DNA of 62,874 bases, the filler included, from Octopus bimaculoides (Eukaryota): NCBI RefSeq assembly GCF_001194135.2. It is 6 parts of 6 records of this genome, joined end to end, with 100 filler letters (N's around TTAATTAATTAA, not from the genome) between each part and the next. Parts side by side here need not be neighbours in the genome. Positions count along the whole stretch, not along the records: positions 24,619 to 53,273 come from NC_068992.1; positions 53,374 to 58,332 come from NC_068983.1; positions 58,433 to 59,680 come from NC_068982.1; positions 59,781 to 61,639 come from NW_026436265.1; positions 61,740 to 62,874 come from NW_026396971.1; 1 more part is not named here. One strand, given 5' to 3'. A program made the translations under genes and the position numbers. Below, in pieces: positions 49,982 to 62,874 of the stretch (its first letter is position 1; the number at the start of each line of letters is the position of its first letter). The notes below the pieces were generated by a model. The model was given only the letters and a program-made list of their open reading frames with translations, was not told the DNA's origin and did not search any database.

Positions 49982-52267
49982 GTATTGATCAAGTTTTCGT
50001 TGCGCAGTGGGAGTGAACCTAGAACCGCGTAGTCCCAAAGAATACAACACAAGCAGACATCTATGCTTTTGTAAAGTCGTATTTAAAATTACAGTAATTT
50101 TTCATGACAGTAGAAGAAGATATAATTTGCAGCAGATGTTGCATCATTCGGTTGTTGCTTAATGTTGCTATCATAATTTACATAAAAACGTCACTTACTT
50201 TCAAATAAAATCTCCTAAACATAAACACACATGTATGCGCAGACAAACGTATTTCTATGTACATGTATATACATACATATGAGGTCGTTGATTATTTACA
50301 TTACAGGAAAATACATACATACATGTATATGCGTATATATATATGTGTGTGTGTGGATCTCGACTGAGGAAAGAAAACTCCGAATGACCTGTTCTTGTTT
50401 TCTTTGTATCGTCTATCTTAATTTTTTTGTCCCTTTCTTGTATCACCTAACTGTCTGGATTTTGTGCGTTCTTGTCCCATTTTGTATTATATATGTATAT
50501 ATATATATATATATATAAAAAATAGAAATATCTTACAAAGACAAAATAGAANNNNNNNNNNNNNNNNNNNNNNNNNNNNNNNNNNNNNNNNNNNNNNNNN
50601 NNNNNNNNNNNNNNNNNNNNNNNNNNNNNNNNNNNNNNNNNNNNNNNNNNNNNNNNNNNNNNNNNNNNNNNNNNNNNNNNNNNNNNNNNNNNNNNNNNNN
50701 NNNNNNNNNNNNNNNNNNNNNNNNNNNNNNNNNNNNNNNNNNNNNNNNNNNNNNNNNNNNNNNNNNNNNNNNNNNNNNNNNNNNNNNNNNNNNNNNNNNN
50801 NNNNNNNNNNNNNNNNNNNNNNNNNNNNNNNNNNNNNNNNNNNNNNNNNNNNNNNNNNNNNNNNNNNNNNNNNNNNNNNNNNNNNNNNNNNNNNNNNNNN
50901 NNNNNNNNNNNNNNNNNNNNNNNNNNNNNNNNNNNNNNNNNNNNNNNNNNNNNNNNNNNNNNNNNNNNNNNNNNNNNNNNNNNNNNNNNNNNNNNNNNNN
51001 NNNNNNNNNNNNNNNNNNNNNNNNNNNNNNNNNNNNNNNNNNNNNNNNNNNNNNNNNNNNNNNNNNNNNNNNNNNNNNNNNNNNNNNNNNNNNNNNNNNN
51101 NNNNNNNNNNNNNNNNNNNNNNNNNNNNNNNNNTATATATACACAATATTATACTTTTGATATTTGTAATTACACATTATGTTTTATAAATTCTAATACT
51201 TATACCTGATATTTTTATATATTTGTATATCCTTTCATATACTTTCTTAACGTTTATAATTTATAAATAATTCTTTTTGACAATTTAAAAGGTCTTTTTA
51301 TATAATTCACCGGATATGGGAATCGTTATTTTAGTACACTTTTTAATCGTGCAGTATATTCATTAAGTGTCGATATGCCCAAACTGGTTAAGGTTTTATT
51401 ATGATCATCTATACTCTATGTTTAGGAAAAGTTCTTCTTATATATTAAAGTATCCCATTATTAGGTTTTAAATTTAATTTCTATCCTTATTCTATATATT
51501 GATTTAAATTTACTCAATTTAATATTATAAATTTGCTAAGTTATAAATTACTACCTCCCGTATCCTTCAATTCTAATTTCCACCCCTAAAGTTTATATTA
51601 CTTATCTCTTTTGGTTTTTTCATTATACTCCCCTTTAATATGATAATCCAAATAAATATTGACCATCCCTATCATTCTTTCTTGTATTTATCATCCATTC
51701 CCTTACTGCTAACTGCTTACTGCTTACTGCTAACCCTTCAACCCACACTTTTGTGTAGGTAAAGCTAGATGCATGATTCCAGTACATTGAGAGTCTAGTA
51801 GATTGTCTGACATTAAGTTATTTATCACTATTGACTAGAATACAATTGTCAATTCCCAATGGATTTCATTCTAAATGGTTGAAGACCACATTCTACAAAA
51901 AGTCTTCTGAATATAAGTAACTAGGTCACCACTCTTTTTATCCTCACCCATACTATTTCTTCTGCTACTCTCTAAATTATAGTAGGCTTGACGCGATATG
52001 TATTATTTTCTAAATTCATTCTGCCACAGATATGACAAAAGAAACAATGTAAATATTTTGAGTTCCATTATTAATGTAAATATGATTTTAAAAATGGTTA
52101 TGTCCTTATGTTTGAAGTCTATGCCGTCATCTGACGAGAATGGTTTCTTTCAAATTGATGTAATGTTTTCATTAATCAATTAAAGGAGTTGCTTAAGACG
52201 GTCATAAAGAATTGACACTTGTACATCTTTGTCATATATATATATATATATATAGTGAGAATTTACA

Positions 52268-52680
52268 CGAGGGGAAGTCAAAAGTTATCTGCACTTTCGC
52301 CATAACATATTGTTATTATTGTCATACTGCTCTCTGCGCATGCGTGCTTATAGTTGGTACTATTGTGGTCGCGTGATTGAAGTTTGATCCTGATCGTGCC
52401 ATCTTTTTTTCTGGCTTTACAGTGTAAGCATGGCAGTTCAACTAGCAATGTGCACCAAAGAAGAACAAAGAGCAGTAATCCTATTTCTCTGGTCGGAAGA
52501 TATATCAGGTGCTGAAATTCATCGGAGGCTTTTAGCACAATACAGGGATGCCTGTCAACCTCCACCACTGACGAGAAGATTCAGCAAGCTCGAGGTGGTA
52601 ATGGTGAACTGGCGAGTTATCATCAACGAGGTAGCTCGATCTCTAAAGATTAGTCATGTTTCTGCCTATCAAATCATCCA
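52268..52680 (+). mobile_element. mariner 5' remnant
   Basis: CGAGGGGAAGTCAAAAG end; CTKEEQRAVILFLWSEDISGAEIHRRL. Confidence 0.8.
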
Positions 52681-52686
52681 TACATC

Positions 52687-52723
<37 letters not shown>

Positions 52724-53224
52724 TTGTGTGTCTGCCGATAGAATAAGTACAAGGCTTACAAAGAATAAGAATAAGTACAAGGCTTACAAAGAATAAGTCA
52801 TGGGGTCGATTTGCTCGACCAAAGACGGTGCTCCAGCATGGCCACAGTCAAATGACTGAAACAAGTAAAAGAGCAATATAATATAATATAATATAATATA
52901 ATATAATTTCACGCCTTTAAGGAAAATATTGTTCATTTTCAGTGGCGACAAGTTAGTGGTAGGAACATAAATACGCAAATGAAATAAAATCTACAATATA
53001 CAAACGAAATAAAGGCCGTACGACACTGAAACAAAGATAGGACAAAACTTGTGCATGAGTAATGCACTGGATAGAAAATGTCCTAAAGAACTGGTAACGG
53101 TAAGTAGCGATGAAAAGATAGAAAGAAAGGGGAAAAGAACGAACGGTGAAAAAACAAACCATCCGTTGGAAGCCTGATAGAAGCGTGATTGAACGAGTCA
53201 ACATTTGTGCATACATACATACAG

Positions 53225-53273
<49 letters not shown>

Positions 53274-53769
53274 NNNNNNNNNNNNNNNNNNNNNNNNNNN
53301 NNNNNNNNNNNNNNNNNTTAATTAATTAANNNNNNNNNNNNNNNNNNNNNNNNNNNNNNNNNNNNNNNNNNNNATATATATATATATATATATATATAAT
53401 ACACACAGACATATGTATGTATGTACACTAGTGTACATATACAGATTATAGTATATATTCGTAAATGTAATTAATATACAGTCAATAGCAATTTAATTAC
53501 AACTTCGCTTCTGTTAATTCATATATTACAATATATGTTATAATAAATTTGCAGCAAAAGAATCTGTATAATTCAGCTTTAAATCCATAGCGAATGCTTG
53601 TGGATCCATTTGTCTTCATGATCAAAAACATCAAGTCATTTAGCTCTTTCAAGTTAAGAACTTTGAAAACCACATCCACGCAATGTTCAAGCAACATTTG
53701 GTCAGCCCTCCAATAGCATCACCATTTCCACAAAGAAAATCTCTCTCAAGGGTTTTACGTAAAAGACAA

Positions 53770-56520
53770 AATGTTTTTTCATATGATTAAGGTGGGATGG
53801 CTTTTTTCCTATGAAAGCAATAATTTTTTTATTAAATTAAAATACCCAAAATGCCTATCTTTAAGCAAATTTTTTTACCTTTTGAAAACGAAGTTGTTGC
53901 GTTAATCAAAAATATCAAATTTAGAAAAGTGTGTAATGGCACCCAGTCTAAACTTAACACCATACAAACAGAAATCGAAGATTTGACAAGGATATTCATG
54001 CAGAGTGATTAAACCTAAAATCTATTCGAATTGATAATGTTACATACCACCAACTTGTTTTTGTTTCTATTTTCGTTACAATTACTCATAGGAAAACTCA
54101 CTAAAATACGTTAAACGGCATTACTGCCCAAAGCTAAAATATTACCTCCAACATTAATATCGATTACACAATAGGACCTCTTGCTCTTATACAGCCACTT
54201 CTCATATTCAAAGCCCATAAAGAGAACTTTACAGACATTCGTTAGATTAATCAGTCAGAGAGATCATTATCAAACATACTTTTGATATAATTACTATCAA
54301 AGCTATGGAAGAGTCACCTTTACCTTTGTAGAATAATAGCTAAACCGTAATCAACTGATTTAATTTTATTTCTAATAAACCCAACTTTAAATTTCTAGAA
54401 TTTGACTATTACATCCTTATCGCCAAACTACTCCGTATCTTTCCTTTTGATTTTACTAAATCATTTACCAACATCTGTGATTCAGATAAAAGGGTAATAA
54501 TGCGACCAGCGCATAAAAGCTCGGTCGATCATGACAATTCTAAAAAGAATCCAACTCTCCCTTCAATGTAAGTATAGAGATTTACGAGTCAGCTGAAATT
54601 AATGACCTTACTGATTTATTCTAACTGTCTAAATCTAAAAGCACAATCCCGCTTTTCGAGTGCAAACTATATAGAGATGATGGTCTCTTGTTCTTAATAA
54701 AAGTAACTCCAACTTACCGATAGTAAAGTAAGGGGCTTCAAAACTATTAAACCACAAATTATTACATATAAAAACCACAGTATTACCGAATTCTTAAAGC
54801 CATCTCTAAATTTAGATAACTCTTTATACTTTCCTTATCATAAACCAACAAGATATTGTAATATATTCAGGAACGACCTAACCACATTAGGAATATGATT
54901 AATACTCTGGTGAAAATTACTTCACTCAGATCTAATCTCTGCTTACCAACAAATGTTCAAAAATTCAATTATGCTATGATGCTCTTCTTAGAAGTGTTTT
55001 TTACAGAAATTTTTTATATACTAAAGTATCACAAGTATTGTCTCATACAGACAAATTAAACGAATAGTAGTTGGTATAACTATCGTTTCGAGATAACCGT
55101 AGATACCCCTGTAGCCAGATTATTTTTTTAAGAAACATAGAGCTACCATTTGATGTTCTCGATGGTTTTTAGTTCTCTGCCATTAAAGCCGTCGCTCCTG
55201 TTTACCAGGGTCTTCGAAAGAGGCCAAGTTTCTGCTCCACAGAGGAGAATGGAGACGGCTGAACATTGTAGATGCGGAGCTTCGTCTTCCGTGAAATAGA
55301 GCAGTGGTACCAAAGTGGATTCCATAAAGAGTACATGGTTCCGGCGGCCAGGCCACATCTGTTGTTCATCTCTGGGGTCAGGTCTCCATTGTTGGTGACT
55401 GTGGAGACCAAGTAGATGAAGGAACCGACAAACTCCACGATATTCGGGCCAATATGGAAAAGGGAGGATCCAGGTCATCTCCAACATGCATCAGCTTCAT
55501 CTTCGTCCAGCTCACCTGAAGACCAAAGATTAAACTCGAAGTGTATGAAGTTTGTTTAACTTGGTTAAAGGCAGAATACAGACATAGAACTGTCCGCAGC
55601 CTCCCACCTCATAACTATCCGTCGCATGCGCTCGAACGGACATGTCCTCCATCTCATGCTAGATCATCCTACCAGAGCTTTACTCTCATTCGACGCAGCA
55701 GCTGCGGGCTGGAAGAGGCCTTGTAACAGGCTCCGCACTAGATGGCCGGACGTGGTTAGGGAAGATCTTTAGAGACTCAACGTCGCTTTGGAGGATGTAG
55801 AAGAGCTGACACGGGACCACCAGCAATGGAGGGCACTGGTGGAGTTGGTTGGCTCTACGCATGATGACGCCTCTGGAACCACTAACTTGGAATGACCCCA
55901 TCCTCATCAAGCAAGAGCATGAAGCAAGGAAGCAAGCAACTAAGAAACACCGCCCTTTCAGCATAGATACTACTGAATTTTTAATAAAAACACTATTAAA
56001 CTCTCATAGTCTACTACTCCTAACACTACCGAAACCATAGCTTCATCCCACCAAGTTAAACTAAACCAAACCTAGCTTTCATCTCACTATAAATAACTGC
56101 AATCGCACCTTCTCAAACAACTTTCTCTTTTATTACTTAACTAAAACATAGTGTACTAATGTGATGAAGAAGCCAGCATCTCTACTAAAGCTTACATTGG
56201 TCTTACTACTAACCGTTAAAGTCCTGCCTCAACCATCAGTCGAGCTCATTTTGAAACTCTACTAGAAGTAACATCTTTTCACTCACTAATATTACAAAGG
56301 AGTTGAAAAATATGAACAAACCATACAATTTAAGATAGAAAATCTTAGCTAAAGCCAAACCTTATACATATAATAAAAGACTGTGCGGCATCTGCACAAC
56401 GGAGAGCTATGAATTTCCTTTGTTAAGACACCTGTACTCAATAGATATTCAGAAAGAATAAATTTGCACCAGAAAGTAGTCAAGACTTGCAAATGCTTTG
56501 AGTCAATTTTATATCCTGAC
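53770..56520 (+). mobile_element. Decayed Penelope-like element (RT plus C-terminal GIY-YIG), possibly Naiad-type, interrupted by an RTE
   Basis: FENEVVALIKNIKFRKV (~53880); LYRDDGL (54666-54686); TEFLKPSLNLDNSLYFPYHKP (54785-54847); NIVY...KAYIGLT (~56190); KILAKAKPY...LCGICTTE. Confidence 0.85.
55138..55940. mobile_element. RTE LINE with inverted 5' segment and 9-bp TSD
   Basis: Minus part 55143-55520 (GSFIYLVSTVTNNG...RKTKLRIYN...ENIKW); plus part ~55570-55880 (GHVLHL...RWPDVVREDL) with (CAAG)n-like tail; TAAGAAACA at 55129-55137 and 55941-55949. Confidence 0.88.
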
Positions 56521-56769
56521 AATGTGACTGTATTCTATCCTTAACCAGGTTAAACAAACTTCATACACTTCGAGTTTAATCTTTAGCTCTACATTTCCTC
56601 GCTCACACGTTCATATCTCTGGAGTTGCCACTACACTTGATACGATATTAAATATAACACTTAGCAAAAGCTCTATTTCTTTTACTAATTACCATTAGTC
56701 TATATTCATTGTTATCTCCTTCTACCGTATATTGAGACTCATATATTATTCTGTTATCAGGATATCAAC

Positions 56770-56990
56770 AAATCTCAATGACAAGTCAGACGTACGGAAA
56801 TATGTGGGCGCAACAAAAGGTCTCTTCTGGATAAGATTTAACAATTACAAGTTATTTTTTAATATCGGGGAGAGGTGAAACGCCACAGCCTAAGCAAGGT
56901 ACATATGGAAAGAAAGTGCTGCGCATTACAGCATCAAGTAGAGAGTATTGAAGACATGCAGATCTTATTTCAAAAGCAGTGAGAAGTGCA
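56770..56990 (+). mobile_element. Second Penelope-like GIY-YIG fragment
   Basis: RKYVGATKGLFWIRFNNYK..FN...NATA.ARYIWK matches the PLE pattern YIG.T...FK.RFNNHK.SF....NAT.LS.YIW. Confidence 0.7.
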
Positions 56991-57930
56991 GCCTTTAAAT
57001 GGCAGAGAAAATAATTATCTCTTCACTCGGATACTTACCTAAACTGTAAAAGCGAAATTTTCCAGTCTTGTTCTCATGACCGCAGACATCTTTGCTTCAT
57101 ACACCGTGATGATACGTTCCCACAGTTTTTCGCTTGAATATTTTACGATATCCGCAAACCAGATGTGAAACTTTCTAGCCTGCAATATCAAAGAACCGTT
57201 GCCGCACTTTTTCCTGCTAGCTTTTCTGATAATTGGTTTTCCCGAACAGTCGTATACATAACCGATAGGTAAAATTGCCTGAAATGAATTTATACTGCTG
57301 TATAGTACAAAATATTAATATACCCACTCTAATGAGAAATATATATATATATTGATTTCAAATATTGGTGGCACAACGCCAGCAGTTTCGATAATCGATT
57401 ACATCCACCCAAGTGCTCGATTGATATTAATTTGATCGACCTCGACAGAGAACACACACACATATATATGATATGATGCAATATGATATTGTACATATAG
57501 TTTTTATGTATGGCTTATAAGCTGAACAGATATTAACACACTGTTAAGATGTAATTTAGCAAACGATCATATTGTTACTGATTATATTATGCGTTTATGA
57601 ATATATTATATGCTATATCCGTTGATTGTTGTGTGTGTGCGAGTGTGTGTGTATGTGTGTGCGTGTGTGTGTGTATACGTGTGTATGTGTATTTACATGG
57701 CTGTAATCATTTTAACATACGTGTAAACATACCTGTTGGCGTCTCTTTTTTGCTTGTATTTATTCATTTAAGTACATTTATGCATTTATGTATTATAATT
57801 AAATGCCATTCGAACTTAATTCCGTATGTATGCATATGTAATTATATCTGAATAATTTTTCAGCCACCTGTACATGTTTTCATTCCTATTTTCGTTACAT
57901 ATTTTCGACACAAAACTACATACGACTATA

Positions 57931-58190
57931 ATCATCATCATCGTTTAACGTCCGCTTTCCATGCTAGCATGGGTTGGACGATTTGACTGAGGACTGGTGA
58001 ACCAGATTGCTACACCAGGCTCCAATCTGNNNNNNNNNNAACCAGATTGCTACACCAGGCTCCAATCTGATTTGGCAGAGTTTCTACAGCTGGATGCTCT
58101 TCCTAACGCCAACCACTCCGAGAGTGTAGCGGGTGCTTTTACGTACCACCGGCACGAAGGTCAGTCAGGCGGTACTGGCAACGGCCACGC
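57931..58190 (-). mobile_element. SINE family C with RTE-like (GAT)n tail
   Basis: GGGCATCCAGCTGTAGAAAC...CCAACCCATGCTAGCATGGAAAGCGGACGTTAAACGATGATGAT. Other copies: 1712-1923, 4040-4165, 12630-12815, 16725-16860, 23545-23897 (+); 5335-5810, 13690-14040, 14805-15061 (-). Confidence 0.9.
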
Positions 58191-58240
<50 letters not shown>

Positions 58241-58278
58241 GTAATAACAACAACAAAAACAATAATAATAATAATAAT

Positions 58279-58330
<52 letters not shown>

Positions 58331-58489
58331 TANNNNNNNNNNNNNNNNNNNNNNNNNNNNNNNNNNNNNNNNNNNNTTAATTAATTAANNNNNNNNNNNN
58401 NNNNNNNNNNNNNNNNNNNNNNNNNNNNNNNNAAACAGATGAGCGACAAAGACGAAAACGGGACGACGTGTGGGCATACGAACGAACTG

Positions 58490-58581
<92 letters not shown>

Positions 58582-58937
58582 ATTTCTGCGCTGTGTGAGG
58601 CTGTGTCTGCGTGCGTTTTTTACGAGTGTGTGCGCATGTATATATATTTATATTTTTTCTATTCTTTCTACTAGTAAATCTATTAAATCTTGGACATGCA
58701 CTTTTTTTATATACATCAGTAATGACTTACTCAGTTGTAATGCTTTCCCTGAATATTGCGAAATTGTAATTCTGTTTACCCAAATAAATTGCACTTCATA
58801 TTTGAGGTTCTGATGAAGCTATAGGACGATATTGAGGCACTCAACTGGGTCTACTGTATCTAATGGCAGAAACGGTCATAAACTAATGAAGCTCATAACA
58901 TAGCCATTGTTTTTCTTGTCATCTCTTTTACTTGTGT

Positions 58938-58974
<37 letters not shown>

Positions 58975-59602
58975 NNNNNNNNNNATATATATGCGCAGGC
59001 AAATACCTTTGCATAACAATCGTTAAAATTGCATCCACTATAAATATTAAAATAACGAAACCTTAAGAGTAAAACAAACATCAGTAAGTAACTGACAGTC
59101 GAACATTTTCTAGACCAAGCTGCAAAACAATATTAGAAAAAAATAACCTATACAGATCTAACAGATACGTCGCTCTATAAAAACCCACGAACCGCAACTA
59201 ATTTCCAAAACATTATTTAATAAAACTGCCACCTCACAGAGAATTCTATACAGAGCTAGAAGATCAATTATAGAAACATTATAAGAGTAAGACAGAAATA
59301 AGAAATCCAGTAAAAGATAGAATACACGAGAAATGAACTATGATAGAAACCAGGAGATAACCGTTTTATATCAGATAATGACCATGTTATAAATTACTAT
59401 ATTATTCCCGTAGCCCTTTCTAGCTTCTACATTGCCAACATTTCATTCAGAAGACAAAGGAAATCTTGCATCATTAATGGACATTGAAACGTAATTTTTC
59501 TGCAATAAATATTGAGGAACAAAATTCAAATATTTGAGAAAGAATAAATTTTCGTTCTAACAGTATTTGGGGTTGATAATATGTGTGTGTGTGTGTGTGT
59601 GT

Positions 59603-59634
<32 letters not shown>

Positions 59635-60913
59635 ACACATATATATGCATACACATGTATGTATGTATATATGTATATATNNNNNNNNNNNNNNNNNNNN
59701 NNNNNNNNNNNNNNNNNNNNNNNNTTAATTAATTAANNNNNNNNNNNNNNNNNNNNNNNNNNNNNNNNNNNNNNNNNNNNATATATATATATATATAAAG
59801 AAAATAATAAGGCATAGAAGAAAATGCTGAGATTTAAGGAAGGAAAGAAAGAATACAGTAACGTATAAAGCGTTAGATAATTTCAATTGAAAATTTATCA
59901 GATGCCCAGAAGAGACAAGCACACTTTAAAAAAGTTTTAATACAATAGAATTCGTAATGAATGAGTCGGTTTTTGGAACGGCTGGTGTATGTATGTGTGT
60001 GTGTGGATGTAAGGATGTGCTAGTGTGTGTGTGTATGTTCGCACACGCGTGCATGTGTGTGTGTGTGTGAGTGAGTGTGTGTAAGTGTGCGCCCGCTTGT
60101 CAGTGTTTGAGAAATGAAATCTGTCGTATTTTTAATTTGCTGTTGTCGAGACACACTTATTCAGCTTGAGTCATTCTGATACATATGCGCAAAATGTCGA
60201 AAAGTATCACAAAGTAATGCTTGTATATATATATATAAATTGTCATGTTCCGTTATTTTCCCAACAAATCCTAACACTTTCCTGTGACCTGTAGATTCTT
60301 CCAAGATTCATTTTTACTTGCAATAGTCTGTTCTATTGGTCAAACGATCGCATCTCCAGCTGCTTCAGATGCCAAGATAACCAAAATAGTCATGTAGTAT
60401 TAGTACGGTTTTGTTAAATAATGATGAAAATATCTTTTCGTTTTCTGAAAAACGCAACGTTGTAGATTTACGAGAATTTTGCATAATAGCAATGATATAT
60501 ATATTTTGGTACTTAAATTCTATCTTCAATCTATGTAAAACAACGAACTGACATCATAGTTTGCGCCTCGACAAAAGGACAACCAGCAGTTCTCCCGCTG
60601 TCTACTTCGCCATTCATCTCTTCGAGCTCGTTAGAACAGAATACCAGTCTAGTACTGTGGTCGATGTCATTGCGTAGCCTCTCCCTCTAAAAACGGTGCT
60701 TGCCAAGTTGAAGAAGAGTAAGAGTATATACTTTTATTTGTGTCAATCACTTGAAAGCGGCTATGCTGGAGCACTGACTTTGGTCGTACAAATCGACCCC
60801 ATATTTGTAAGCCTCGTATTTATCCTATTGGTCTTTTACGCCGAACCGCGATGTTATGGGGATGTAAAAACACAAACAAGCGATGGTGGGAGGACAAACA
60901 CAGACACACAAAA

Positions 60914-61019
<106 letters not shown>

Positions 61020-61228
61020 GTCTGTGTGTGTATGTATTTCTTTCAGTTTTCGCCTAGCAAATCCGGTCACAAGTTTTTGGGCGGCCTGAGTCTATAGTAG
61101 AATACACTTGTCCAAGTTGCCACGCAGTGGGACTGAACTCGGAACCAAAGGTTGGTAAGAAAGCTACTTTTACTACACACCCGTGCCAGCGTCTCACAGC
61201 CATGCCTGCATATACGGTATGTATAATG

Positions 61229-61267
<39 letters not shown>

Positions 61268-61606
61268 TTACACACAAGTATATACTCATAAAAATGAGCA
61301 CCTATCAGTATGCATTTATACACAGAGGAAGAAAGATAAATCTAATGGAACAAGAATTTCTCTGGCACCACTCTTGTTCGTCAGTAAAATCGATGGAATG
61401 TAAAGATAATCGTAACATATCTCAGAAATGTATCCTACGTTTGCCTTTAAAAATCAGCAACATAATCTAGATTAATCCGTATGATATGACTGGTGGTATT
61501 TTATGAAGAAAAACCTCGCTAGATTTATGGTACACGATGTTATGGAGGTCAATGTTGAATTTGATGTATTTGTTAAATGCATAAATTAAGAGAAAGAAGT
61601 ACAGAT

Positions 61607-61639
<33 letters not shown>

Positions 61640-62282
61640 NNNNNNNNNNNNNNNNNNNNNNNNNNNNNNNNNNNNNNNNNNNNTTAATTAATTAANNNNN
61701 NNNNNNNNNNNNNNNNNNNNNNNNNNNNNNNNNNNNNNNTGTGTGTAGCACAAAAGTTATTCACATGATTTGGAACGTTATGTTGACCAGCGTGTGGTTA
61801 TTATAATTTACATGATATCTATATATTTCGTTTTTATATTTGGTTAGGAAAACATTTATATATTTTATAATTTATACATTTATACATATACTTTTATAAA
61901 TATACTTTTATACATATACTTTTATACATATACTTCTTTTATCTTTATGTATTTTTATTATATACCTTACAAACAACTCTAAAACCTTTTTTCACTTTTG
62001 GCATTATTTATATTAAATTTTGGTATATTTATTTTTATCTCTATCTCTTTATTTAAAACAAATATCTTTACTTTTTTCTATACATATATACTCTTATAAT
62101 TTCTTATATATTTTTTATATTATTTTCCTTTTTATTTTATATCTTTTTATATGTAATAAATATTTTGTTATAATTTTCTCTATATATATATGCCTCTATA
62201 GTTATTATATATTTTTATATTATTTTTACAATTTTTTATAGTTTTCTATATTTCCATAGTTTTTATACTTTATATATATAAG

Positions 62283-62874
62283 ATGGCACCAAAGTGGGAG
62301 AAGAAAGAGTTAGATCTTCTGTCGCGAGCATGCATGATTGCTAGTGGCGATCCCCCAAACAACATCATCACTGCTGCACTGAAGAATAATGGCTTTCACA
62401 GAACCACTGATCAGATAGAACGGAAGAAGAATGAATTCCTCCGCTCGTATGCACACATCAGACCACACATTGACACCCTAGATGTCATAATCGGAAACCA
62501 TGGTGGAAACGCTGATAAGGATGGAGAGGAGGAAAAGGAAAAAAACACCCGGAAGTCTCTCTGACCCAGTGGCTCCTCAAAAGAATGGATCACCCACTCC
62601 TATGAACAACCAGACAGAAAAGGATAGTGGAGCCAAGGTAGCAGCAAATAGAAGCCACTCTGTGCCAGTGATCCTACAAAGGAAAGGAGCCCGCATCCTA
62701 ATAGATAACCAGAGGAAAACAGTACCCACAAGAAAAGGAAGAACAAAAAGCAGAAAATCCCAAGGTGGATCCGATGCCATCCAAAACACCAAAGGAAAGA
62801 AGAAATTTGGAAGGCACCCAAAAATTGCAAATTTTACCTGCAAGGCAAATGTTGGCATGGGGAAGACGGCAAAA
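62283..62874 (+). CDS. Myb/SANT-like (trihelix-type) ORF, probably the N-terminus of a transposon protein; frameshifted and truncated by the window edge
   Basis: MAPKWEKKELDLLSRA...LKNNGFHRTTDQIERK fits the W..kE...L / GF.RT.dQ..K pattern. A second frame from ATG 62500 stays open to 62874 and overlaps at an A-rich run. Confidence 0.45.

Noticed and set aside
50203-50218. 16-nt micro-exon-like segment (tttag|GAGATTTTATTTGAAA|gtaagt) on the minus strand
   Set aside because: Too short to separate from chance without transcript data.
51130-52200. AT-rich tract suspected to be a NUMT or decayed LINE
   Set aside because: No mitochondrial gene or convincing protein motif could be read.
58000-58069. 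30-bp direct repeat flanking a 10-N gap inside a SINE
   Set aside because: Contig overlap artefact; the SINE consensus has a single copy.

Overview
AT-rich, microsatellite- and transposon-dense eukaryotic draft scaffold with many N gaps. The repeat content and gap style point to an octopus genome (inference). The ORF track is mostly gap, microsatellite and transposon noise, so the genes were found by reading splice sites by hand. (1) Five frame-compatible minus-strand exons of RRP5/PDCD11 (395-7649), running off the left edge. (2) A complete two-exon, 60-aa ATP5MK/USMG5/DAPIT CDS on the plus strand (15631-15930), divergent from PDCD11; this matches the head-to-head arrangement I recall at human 10q24.33. 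(3) Two frame-compatible exons of an unidentified minus-strand gene (17704-19480). (4) A weaker plus-strand gene candidate near 36 kb. The rest is fossil mobile DNA: at least five tRNA-derived SINE families, RTE, R4/Dong-like, HERO-like and L1/Tx1 LINE pieces, a Penelope-like element, Gypsy RT, Tc1/mariner, hAT, piggyBac, Helitron and probably Merlin remnants. Notable structures are a 5'-inverted RTE with an exact 9-bp TSD, four R4/Dong-like 3' ends beside trinucleotide microsatellites, two long fold-backs, and a Myb/SANT-like ORF at the right edge. No prokaryotic systems, CRISPR arrays, rRNA or genuine tRNA genes were seen. Most repeat boundaries are approximate (about +/-20 bp). Family assignments come from recalled protein motifs, not database searches.
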